The notes under the pieces: generated by a model
What the model was told of the DNA's origin: nothing
Databases searched by the model: none
Seen by the model: the letters and a program-made list of their open reading frames with translations, nothing else
Part shown: one piece after another, positions 39,101-50,399 of the stretch
Numbering within the stretch: the first letter of the stretch is position 1
How the letters are laid out: each line of letters begins with the position of its first letter
Position numbers and translations under genes: made by a program
From: Octopus vulgaris
Taxonomy: Eukaryota
Reading direction: 5' to 3'
Assembly (NCBI GenBank): GCA_951406725.2
Contig: OX597819.1
Coordinates: 42,036,001 to 42,100,000, forward strand
DNA: 64,000 nucleotides

Positions 39101-40703
39101 ATTACTACCTTCATTGTCTCCCTGTCTCTTACTCATGTAATCTTGCCATTACTCTTCCTTTATTCACCCTCTCATTCACGTTGCCTTGAGTGAATGGCAA
39201 GTGTATTGAAGAGGGCACACATCGGTGACAAGGTAACTTCTCTTGTGATGGTACCATGATAAAATGCATTCATTGAACTTTGCATAGTGGTTGGTGTTAG
39301 GAAGAGCATTTAGCCATTGAAACTATGCCAAAAATGGAAAGTACAAGTTTGTGTAAAAGGGCAGCCCCTGGCTCATGCAAAAGTGCAGTCATTCCAGACA
39401 AGAGCTGTCTTGAAGTATTATGATCCATCCAACCCATATCAGTATGGAAATTGGACGCAAAATAAAAGTGACTGACTAAACTTAATTTGTAGGGTGATCT
39501 TGCACATCATGCTGGAAGTACACTACTCAATTTTTGTTGATCAAATTCATTTTTTCCTTCTTATTGAGGATACGGTAAAAGTATCTATGTTTGCAACAGC
39601 CAAGTCTACGACATAATCATTTAGTAAATTAACAAAACTGAGAGTATGAGTACTAGTGAACAGTGTTGATAATACAAGTTCAAATCCTCTGATGTCTCTC
39701 ATATAACTACGTAATATGGTTCACCAACATTATCCAAGTGGCACGATAAAACTATCTTTCAGATGGAATCGGCAAGCATATTTTATGCACATCTATTGTT
39801 TATTGTTGAAACGTAAATACCAAGAGAATAGAAAACAAAATAAGTATCAAGAAGTTTATAAATATAAAAGATATCAAATTAACAAATTTTGTGAATAAGA
39901 AAGAAAAAAGAAATACATATCGTACACTGAACCCTCACATGTAAGCAAAAATATTCATACGCTTACAGCGTGTTTATGAAACTATTAATTATACCAATGG
40001 GTGGGGCTAGAATATTTGATCTACAAAAGTTAATAGTATGTTTGTCGTGCTGTATTTACCATGAACACCCGAGCTGAAATTCTGCTGAGGTCAATTTTGC
40101 ATGCAATCGTTCATAGTTGATAAAGTACTAATATTTTAAATAATAATATATAGACATGAAGATAGAAGACCAGATATACTTTATTGGTAACTGCTTAGTT
40201 AAGGGATATTAAAAAAGTAAATAAAAATTAAGGGAGAGATAACTAGTAAAGGGACATAAGTCAACATAAATACTGGGTATTATTTACTTCGGAATTGATC
40301 AGAATGGCATGTGGAAACTGAAATCCTCAATCATGACTCAATCTTAGAATATCACCCAATTAGCTGAATCCCGAGACAAAATTCTTCAGTGGTTGGCATG
40401 GCATCGATTAATTATAAATTTATACACGTGCGAAAATTGTAATTTGCCATGTTACCATACTACAGTATAATTTTTATTTACTTTTTTAATATCCCTAAAC
40501 TGAACAATTACCTACTTTATTACGTTCAAGACTCTTTAACTATGTCTTGTTTTCCCTTAAACATATTACCTAATGTTATTCTCGATCTCACCTAAACCTC
40601 AAGCCGGTTATCAATATATTATTACCTACAAAGAAGCCGGCCCCGAACCCCTTGGAAATGTTTGAATGATTATAGTACCGCCAACAAAATATCACATTTG
40701 AAG

Positions 40704-42305
40704 GGCCGCAGTCAAATGAGTGAAACAAATAAAAGAATACCGTTTTAAATCACTGAAGATATAGAAGTAATCCTGTAGAAGAGAGTCGGAAATTATGTAG
40801 TCGCTGGCGCCTATAATTTCTTTGAATTTGTGTTTTAAATATAAGAGATTACGATTCTGTAAATATGTACTAGAAGTTAGCAACTGTAAATAAGTTTATA
40901 TTCCGAGGTCGAGGATAATAGAAATTACGGGAACAATTGAAAGTAAATCCGCGAAAAACTTGAATGTAATTCCGCGGAAAATAAACTGATATAAATTCTA
41001 CGAATCTACTATCATACTTCCTATCTTCACACGACTGCGTCGTCTTAATTTCCTGTCAGCCTTCTATAACTTTATCTTTTCTTATCTGAGTCTCTGAACT
41101 GTGGCCATACAGGGGCACCGCCTCCAAAAGTTTTTAGACGAAAAAAATCGACTCCTGTAATTATTTCTCCCCCTTTTTGTGTGTGTGTGTGTGTTTTTTT
41201 AACACCGGTGTAGCTTCGGATCGGAACATCCACTTAAGTTGTATTTTCTCCGTTTTTGATGGAGATTTTCCCAATTTTGTTTTCACCACGGCCTTCAAAA
41301 TGATGGGAGCAAATTTTTTTATGAAAAAATTTTGGAAAATTTTTTATCTTTTTAACCACCACCCACCTCCACCCCTCTAGACCGATTTTGGCTCGGGTTT
41401 TCTTTTTTTCTTTTTTCCTCTACACACCTAAAAACAATGGGAGTAGCCTTTTCGGTAAAAAGGATAGAAAAAACTTTGAAAATATTTTCATAGGCGCAGG
41501 AGTGGCTGTGTGGTAAGTAGCTTGCTTACCAACCACATGGTTCCGGGTTCAGTCACACTGCGTGGCATCTTGGACAAGTGTCTTCTGCTATAGCTCCGGG
41601 CCGACCAATGCCTTGTGAGTGGATTTGGTTGACGGAAACTGAAAGAAGCTCGTCGTATATATGTGTGTGTTTGTCCCCCTAGCATTGCTTGACGACCGAT
41701 GCTGGTGTGTTTACGTCCCCGTCACGTAGCGGTTCGGCAAAAGAGACCGATAGATAAGTACTGGGCTTACAAAGAATAAGTCCCGGGGTCGATTTGCTCG
41801 ACTAGAAGCGGTGCTCCAGTATGGCCGCAGTCAAATGACTGAAACAAGTAAAAGAGTAAAGAGAGTGTACTAAAAAGTTTGTGATTTAACGTAGATTTAG
41901 CTTTTGTTTCTAGCACATCCCTTGACCACATGGTACTTTCCTTACATGTATTGATGTTTTCAATATTTTTCTCCCCGTTAACACATTTTGTTTAGTCCAA
42001 ACAGTAACCCATTACTAGGATTTAATCAACAACAAAAAAATCTTGTAATTTAAATTTTTAAAGCGAGTCTCTGGGTGGTGGGTGCGCGCGTGTAAGTAAG
42101 AAAAATATACTATTACAATAAATTATCTTTTACGGTGCTCCAACATGGCCGCGGTCAAATGACTGAAACAAATAAAAGAATACCGTTTTAACTCACTGAA
42201 GATATAGAAGTAATCCTGTAGAAGAGAGTCGGAAATTATGTAGTCGCTGGCGCCTATAATTTCTTTGAATTTGTGTTTTAAATATAAGAGATTACGATTC
42301 TGTAA
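40704..42305 (+). repeat. ~159-bp direct duplication (40704-40862 and 42147-42305)
   Basis: Near-identical sequence and identical spurious ORF peptides. Confidence 0.95.
41493..41866 (+). mobile_element. Full-length tRNA-derived SINE (family A)
   Basis: A box TGGCTGTGTGG, B-box-like GGTTCAGTC, internal TA/TG repeat and tail GGTGCTCCAG(C/T)ATGGCCGCAG...(GTAAAAGA)n. Confidence 0.92.
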
Positions 42306-42593
42306 CAGCAAAAAATAAATCTTTTTTCCCACAACCACATGGTTCCTGGTTCCGTCCCACTGTTTGGAACATTGGGCAAGTTCCTTGTGAATGGATTTAG
42401 TAGGCAGAAACTGGAAGCCCATGTCATATAAAGATATAATGTGTATACATACATACACATATATATATGGATGTTATTGATGATGTCGAGTGGAAGCAGG
42501 GTGCTGCAGTTCCGCAGGGTCTGTACAAGAGCCGCTACTAGTGGAGGGGTTGGGGGAGACTGCTTGTCATAATTTCCTAGTCACCCTTCACCA

Positions 42594-42640
<47 letters not shown>

Positions 42641-42989
42641 GTATTTTGTTTTTGGATTTGGTTTGCAAGATTCTTTATGTGAGTTCGTGTGTTGAAGCAT
42701 ATTCTGTTGTGTCTGGGGAGAGTCATTTTGTTTTTGTGCTTTATAATTTAACACACACACACACATATATATATATAATAATTATTATTTGAGGAAATAT
42801 TAATCCTAACTTACAGGGAAAAATTCAATTTAGAAATACTAAATTAAATTTCACACAATATATTTATATATATATATATATAACAAAATTAGAAAAAAAC
42901 CACCTTTTATCAATTCAAAATGAACAATTAAATTACACCATCTAGAAAATTACATATAATAGAAATATTAAAATAACGATAATATTTAA

Positions 42990-44078
42990 AAAAAAATTTT
43001 ATTTAGTTTCAGCTCACAAGCTGTGGCCATGCTGGAGCACTGCCATTTGGTGTTGCTACATGATTTTACTTCATGAATACGTTTTAGCAAATGCCATCTG
43101 GTGCATGAGAGAGTTCGATGCAGCTGCCCTCATCTGCACCTCCTGCCGTGAAGTTGGTTCATCTGGGACACCTGACAAGAAGAGATCCAGTTTCATTTTA
43201 AAGACATCTGCATCCACCCCATGCAGGTCTCTTAGGTTCTTCGGGAGGATATTGAAGAGCTGTGGGCCTCGGAAGCCCAGGCTATCACAGTATCTTGTCC
43301 TACATCTTGATGGCAAATTTGGAGTCCTTGGCACTATGCAGTGGTGCCCAGTTCTTGCATTTGTGTAACTCTCGATGCCAAAGTTTGGGACAAGTCCTTC
43401 TAGGATCTTCCAGATGTATATTATGGCATATCTTTCTCGCCTACGCTCCAAGGAATAGAGTCTCAATCTCTTGAGTCTTTCCCAATAGCTTATATGCTGC
43501 ACAGAGGCTATCTTCTTCGTGTAGCTTCGTTGGATCGCCTCAAGTTTTGTGATTAACTTGACACTGGATGGTGACCATAGCTGAGAGCAATAGTCAAAGT
43601 GGCTTAGGACAAGTGTCCGCCAGAGGACCATCATGGTTTCCTGGTCTCTTGTTCTAAAGGTTCTAAGAATCCATCCGGTCAGCCGCCTACATTTCATTGC
43701 CAATTTAGCAACATGCACATGAAAGGTTGCATCATCACTCATGTAAATACCCAGGTCTCGCACTGATTGTGCCTCTGGGATTGCAATCCCTCCAGGTCCA
43801 GTGTATTTATTGGGTATTGCATTTAGTTTTGCATGCTGATAGTATAAAGCTTGAAACTTTTCAGCATTGAACTGCATGCTATTCTTTTCAGCCCACTTGT
43901 ATATTTTGTCCAGCTCACATTGCAGGTGCTTAGTGTCTTCAGGGTTCTGTATTGCCCGTGAAACTTTTGTATCATCTGCATAACTTGTGATCGTGGCTCT
44001 CTGCATGGCTGAGGGCATGTCTGAGAGGGCCATTATAAACAGTGCCTTGCGGAACACTGCTCACTATTTGCGTGTTAA
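42990..44078 (-). mobile_element. 5'-truncated CR1/L2-group LINE with uninterrupted RT C-terminal ORF
   Basis: ORF 43071-44057 contains YADDTK, MQFNAEK, VRDLGI, DYCSQLWSP and LYSLERRR. Confidence 0.93.
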
Positions 44079-44446
44079 TATACCGATGATTAAATAAATT
44101 GCAAAAAATAATAAAAACGTATATGTGTGTGTGTGTGTACTTATATATATTCTTTTACTTGTTTCAGTCATCTGACTGCAGCCATGCTGGAGCACCACCT
44201 TTAGTCGAGCAAATAGACTTCAGAACTTATTCTTTGTATGCCTAGTACTTATTCTATTGGTCTCTTTTGCTGAACCATTAAGTTACAGGGACATAAACAC
44301 TCCAGTATCGGTTGTCAAATATATGCGTTTTTATTATTTTTTTGCAATTTACTTAATCATCAGTATATTATTGTTATTTTAATTTTAATATTTCTATTAT
44401 ATGTAATTTTCTAGATGGTGTAATTTAATTGTTCATTTTGGGTTGT

Positions 44447-44675
44447 TTAACCCTTTTGTTACTGTATTTATTTTGAGATGCTCTGTGTTTCTTTCAATTA
44501 CTTTAAATATAACAAATACTTTAGTAAAATAACTTTGTTATCATTAAGCTAGTGTGAGGAACATAAATTGTGACTAATGTTTGGTGGAAGATTTTAATTC
44601 AAAACTTATGGAAACAAGACATTTGTACTACAGAGCCAGAGCCGGTTTCAGCCAGGTTGGTAATGAAAGGGTTAA
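44447..44675. mobile_element. piggyBac-like MITE
   Basis: TTAACCCTTT...AAAGGGTTAA, same family as 31381. Confidence 0.9.
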
Positions 44676-44700
44676 AGGTGTTTTTTTTCTAATATATATA

Positions 44701-47700
44701 TCATCATCATCATCATCATCATCGTTTAGCGTCCGTTTTCCATGCTAGCATGGGTTGGACGGTTCTACTGGGGTCTGTGAAGCCAGAAGGCTTCATCAGG
44801 CCCAGTCAAATCTGGCAGTGTTTCTACGGCTGGATGCCCTTCCTAACGCCAACCACTCCGTGAGTGTAGTGGGTGCTTTTTACGTGCCACCCGCACTGGT
44901 GCCAGACAGAGCTGGCAAACGGCCATGAACGGATGGTGCTTTTTATGTGCCACCGGCACGAGGGCCAGGCGAGGCTGGCAACGGACACGAAACGGGGCGG
45001 TGCTGGCAACGGTCGCGAAACGGAAAGTTCTCTTACATGCCCCCGGCACTGGTAACACATCTTCAATTTCCATTGATCGATTTCCATTGATCGATTTCGA
45101 TTCTGATCCTCACTTGCCTCAACGGGTCTTCACAAGTAGAGTTTCGACATGCCACCGGCACTGGTAACACATCCGCAATTTCCATTGATCGATTTCGATT
45201 CTGATCCTCACTTGCCTCAACACGTCTTCACAAGTAGAGTTTTGTGTCCCAAGAAGGGAAGGTATGCATACGTAGGCTGGCTCCATCCCATGTAGAAGGC
45301 CACGGGTTATGGACTCACTTGTCCTGCCGGGTCTTCTCGCGCACAGCACACTTCCAGAGGTCTCGGTCTCTAGTCATTTCCTCAGTGAGACCTAAAGTTC
45401 GAAGGTCGTGCTTCACCACCTCGTCCCAGGTTTTCCTGGGTCTGCCTCTTCCACAGGTTCCCTCAACCGCTAGGGTGTGGCACTTTTTCACACAACTATC
45501 TTCATCCATTCTCGCCACATGACCATACCAGCGCAAACGTCTCTCTTGCACACCACAACTGATGCTTCTTAGGTCCAGCTTTTCTCTCAAGGTACTTACA
45601 CTCTGCCGAGTGTGAGTACCGGCATTACACATCCATCGGAGCATACTGGCTTCATTTCTAGCGAGCTTACGCATATCCTCAGCAGTCACGGCCCATGTTT
45701 CACTGCCATGTAGCATGGCTGTTCGTACACACACATCATACAGTCTGCCTTTCACTCTGTGCGAGAGGCCTTTTGTCACCAGCAGAGGTAAGAGCTCTCT
45801 GAACTTTGCCCAAGCTATTCTTACTCTAGCAGTTACACTTTCAGCACACCCGCCCCCGCTGCTGACTTGGTCACCTAGGTAACGGAAACTATCAACTATT
45901 TCTAGTTTTTCTCCCTGGAAAGTGACGGAAGTTGGTCTCAGAGTATTTTCAGTGTTTATTGTTCCTGAGCATCTGCCACATACAAAAACCATCTTCCTAG
46001 TTAGCCTTCCTTTGACATTGCTGCATCTCTTATGTGTCCATAGCTTACACTTGGTGCATCTTATAGAGTTTCTACCTACACCTTTTCTACAGATCGAGCA
46101 GGGCCATCTACCTGAAGGTGTTTGTGATTTGTCTACCTTCCTACTGATTACGACTTTGGTTTTAGCTAGATTGACTCTGAGGCCCTTCAATTCTAATCCT
46201 TGTTTCCACACCTGAAACTTCTCCTCCAGTTCTGATAGCGACTCAGCAATTAGAGCAAGGTCATCAGCATAGAGGAGCTCCCAAGGGCATCCTGTCTTGA
46301 ATTCCTCCGTTATTGCCTGGAGGACTATGATAAATAGGAGGGGGCTGAGTACTGAGCCTTGGTGGACCCCTACCTCTACCCGGAATTCTTCACTGTACTC
46401 ATTTCCAACCCTCACCCTACTAGCAGCGTCCCTATACATGGCCCGCACAGCTCTCACTAACCATTCATCTATCCCTAGTTTCCTCATTGCCCACCAGATA
46501 AGGGATCGGGGGACCCTGTCGAAGGCTTTCTCCATGTCAACAAAAGCCAGGTACAGGGGCTTATCTTTGGCTAGGTATTTCTCCTGCAGCTGCCTTACCA
46601 GGAATATAGCATCAGTAGTACTTTTCCCTGGCACAAACCCAAACTGCATCTCATCTAAACTAACTAACTCTCTCTAATTAGTTGGGCTATGACCCTCTCC
46701 GTAACCTTCATCACCTGATCCAACAGCTTGATACCTCTGTAGTTATTTGTATCTAGGGCATCACCTTTACCTTTGTAGCAGTTGACTATTATACTGCTAC
46801 ACCAGTCATTGGGTATGACCCCTTTGTGTATCACCTGATTAACTATACGGGTGACTAGGCTATAGCCGACACTACCAGACATTTTGAGCATCTCTGCAGT
46901 GATTCCTGATGGGCCTGGGGCTTTCCCTGTCTTCATGCTTCTAATTGCCTTAGCTACCACGGAACTATCAACTCGGATAGCTGGTCCCTCTGTTGGGTCA
47001 ACATTCGGCAGACTCTCTTTATCCCATTCATTTTCTTCATTCAGCAACCTTTCATAGTGGCATCTCCAAACCTCTCTCTTTGCATCCTCATTTAGCGCAA
47101 GTGAACCATCTTCCATGCGAACACACTTCTCTCCTACCACATCACGATTCTCTCTCACACACTGTCTTGCAACACGAAACACCTCCAGTCTTTGGTCCTC
47201 ACGGCGCAGAACATTGGCAAATTTTTTCTTATCTGCTTCCCCTCTGGCTAAATAAACCTGTCTCCTAGCTTCTCTTTTGGCAGTCTGATACAATTCCCTG
47301 CTACCCCCATTTTTCCAGACCTTCCAAGCCTGTCTCTTTTCTCTAATAGCCCTGTCTACAATATTGTTCCACCACCACGTTATTCTAGGTCGAGAGGGGA
47401 CTTTGCACCAGCCACAGATCTGGTCAGTGGCTCTCAGCAGGTTGTCCCTTAGAAACGTCCAGCTGTCTTCTACCCCCTGTGATGCTCTATCCCCTTCTAC
47501 TTCGTCAGAGGCTTCAAGTAATATGTCCCTAAATCTCTGTCCATTTGCAGGATCTTTAAGCTTCCAGATCCTTCTTCTCCATATTTGTCGTCTTCTGGTT
47601 GTCCTCCTAGTCCTGATCCTAAAGTCACTAACTACCAGTTTATGTTGTTGGGTACATTCTTCACCTGGGAAGGTTTTGGCATTTATAAGCAGCCATCTCT

Positions 47701-48298
47701 CCCTTTGCCTTGCAAGGATGTAGTCAATTTGGCTGGTATGTTGGCCCGATTGGTAAGTGACTAGGTGGCTGGTAGGTTTCCTGAAGTTAGTGTTGCAAAT
47801 CATAAGATTATTTGCATCGCAGAACTCCAACAGCCTGGTTCCCTCCTCGTTGCAGGAGCCATAGCCATAGCCTCCATGTACGCCATGGAAGCCCCCAGCA
47901 TTGAAGTCACCAGCCACAAAGATAAGGTCTCTGTCGTTCGTCAACGAGGTAGTCTGCAGTAGAGTGTCATAGAATCGGTCTTTCTGTCCATCGGGTAGCC
48001 CCGACTGAGGAGCATAGGCTGATATAATAGTTGCTAAACTATGATGAAGCACTAATCTAATCTTAAGTATTCTGTCACATACTCTGATTACCTCAATTAC
48101 TTTATCTACCCATTTCTCAGCGATAAGTATACCCACGCCACCAACCCCGTCAGTGTTCCCTGCCCAGAAAATCTTGTACCTGCGTTCCTTGCCTGTGAGG
48201 AACCTAGCTGATCCTCCTCTCCACCTTATTTCTTGCATGCAACATATATCCACACATCTCCGTTCAAGCATCTCGACTATCTCACCAGACCTACCTTT
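44701..48298 (-). mobile_element. Near-complete RTE-clade LINE (APE endonuclease + RT)
   Basis: ORF 46664-48271 (QEIRW, SAYAPQ, AGDFN, SQIDYIL, NYRGIKLL) and ORF 45315-46649 (QFGF, DMEKAFD, GVHQGSVLSP, LYADD). 3' UTR repeats and a (GAT)n tail; TA repeats on both flanks. Confidence 0.97.
45315..48271 (-). pseudogene. RTE endonuclease-reverse transcriptase ORF broken by one frameshift
   Basis: An extra 4-nt unit in AAACTAACTAACTC near 46657-46668 separates two long open frames. Confidence 0.85.
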
Positions 48299-48517
48299 AT
48301 ATATATATATATATATATATATGTACTTCTAATATAGGATGATGAAAATGATGATAAAATTTTTTCAAAAAACATTTCATCAAGTGGCCAGCATATTAAA
48401 GTAAACAATTACAAATAAGGGCAAAATAAAAAAATTTCTATTCAGGGTACTTATGACTTTTGATTCTGCTTTTTTCCCATGGGTGCTTGTAAGCATTTCA
48501 TTTATTTCTTATCATAT

Positions 48518-48576
48518 TCTCTGCTGATGAGTGGAAAAATTCATTGGGTTAATCCCGAAATCATTCAATACGGGGA
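48518..48576 (+). ncRNA. Degenerate type I hammerhead motif
   Basis: TCTCTG-CTGATGA-GTGGA...TCCC-GAAA-TCATTCAA-TA-CGGGGA; stem III is weak. Confidence 0.5.
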
Positions 48577-48726
48577 TAATGAATTTTAAAAAAAATTCTG
48601 TTAGCTTGCTTTCCTCAAGTCAACATGATGTGTATTTATAGTGATGCATATTGTATGTGGTTATTGATGAGTTAAAATCTATTTCTCAGCATATTGGCAT
48701 AGAAATTTTGTTTTCCCTTATTTATA

Positions 48727-48761
<35 letters not shown>

Positions 48762-49058
48762 TTTACTTAAAAGCAGCAGAAATGTAACAAAAGCTGTTAC
48801 TTGGAGTTTCACATTCCCATTCGTTGGACAGTTTTTGAGTACTCTTTTTTTCCACCTTGTTTCACATTTATGTGCTTACTCTGGTATATATATATATAAA
48901 TTTATAAATAAGATTAAGATTGATATTGGCCAGCATGGAAATAAAAACCTTTCAAAGGTAATAATTATTCAAAATTATAATTTAATGTGGCTTTAGAGTC
49001 AGGTTTTAACTGCTATTTTCAGCGTGGTAGTATCTTTCAGATACCCTAAATTATAATT

Positions 49059-49101
<43 letters not shown>

Positions 49102-49359
49102 CAATAATAGAAATGGTAAGACAACAAAAGAATGAAAGAGACCTCGATATCATGTAAAAAGAGGAATTTATCTGTAAATATAATATGTGACAATTATTCA
49201 GTAGCTTTGAGTTTTATCAGGGCTATCGAATAACTGTCACATATTACAATTACAGATATGTATGTATGTGAAATTCAAATTATGATAAATGTAAACAAAC
49301 TAATGTTTGTTTTTAGAAGCGTTGAAATGTATTGTAGGATACAGATAAGGTCATAATAT

Positions 49360-49624
49360 ATTTTCAGACACAGAAACACTGATAGAACAGGAGGAACAGG
49401 ATAAACTATTGATGTAAAACAGAAAAAATTGTCAGCAACCAGCCATGAGACTCAAACTCATGGCTAGTTGTAGACAGCCAGCCATAAGTTGTCAGCAACT
49501 AAACTGCCACTGACAACACAATTGAGTTTGAGTCTCATGGTTGATTGCTGACAAATATTTTCCACTTTATATTGGTATTTTATCCAGTTTCTGCTGTTTT
49601 ATCAGCATTTCTGTGTTTGAAAAT
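49360..49624. mobile_element. Foldback MITE with ~100-bp imperfect arms
   Basis: TTTCAGACACAGAAA...CCATGAGACTCAAACTCA is mirrored by TGAGTTTGAGTCTCATGG...TTTCTGTGTTTGAAA. Confidence 0.8.
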
Positions 49625-49639
49625 AGATTATTACTTTTT

Positions 49640-50220
49640 CATCATCATTGTTTAACATCCGTTTTCCATGCTGGCATGGGTTGGACAGTTCGACTGGGAA
49701 GCCAGGAGGCTGCACCAAGCTCCAGTCTGATCTGGCAGTGTTTCTACAGCTGGATGCCCTTTCTAACGCCAACCACACCTTGAGTGTAGTGGGTACTTTT
49801 TACATGCCACCGGCACAAGCCAGTCAAGGCGGCGCTGGCATTGGCCATATTTGGATGGTGCTTGTTACGTACCACCAGCACAGGGATCACAACTACAATT
49901 TCCATTTGATCTTGATGTTGATGTACTTGACTCAACAGGTCTCCTCAATCACAGCATGTCACCCTACGATCCAAGGTACTTTTGAGTGGGCTGGACAGGT
50001 TATGCGACACTGGTGTAGGTTACAGCTGTGAACTCACTTTATTTGCCTGGTCTCTGCAGTCACAGCATATCTTCAGAAGTCTCGGTCCTTTGTCATTGCC
50101 TCTGTGAAGCCCAATGTTTGAACATCATGCTTCACCACCTCATCCCATGTCTTCCTCTACTCTGGATTCCTTCAACTGTTTGGGAGTGGCACTTCTTCCC
50201 ACAGCTCTCCTCATCCATCT
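49640..50220 (-). mobile_element. RTE LINE 3' fragment
   Basis: Reverse complement resembles 14715-15500. Confidence 0.9.
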
Positions 50221-50399
50221 GTATCTTATATAGACATGTACATCTAATTTTATAAGGTCAAGGAACTAAAATCCCTTAAGGGATGCGAGGATCTCCTAGT
50301 TCTCTGGTTTATACCAGTGTTCGGTGAAAACCAAGTATATTAGTTTATCGCCGAAACATGTAGGTAATTAAAAAGACTTTACGAATGAGAAAAAGAATA

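Noticed and set aside
40750-40792. CTGAAGA-TATAG...CTGTA-GAAG hammerhead-like string in the duplicated segment
   Set aside because: GAAG instead of GAAA, and no convincing stem I or III.
42495-42555. Twister-like TTCCGC...ACAAG...GTGGAGGGGTTGG
   Set aside because: Lacks the UAA cleavage loop and pseudoknot pairing; resemblance only.
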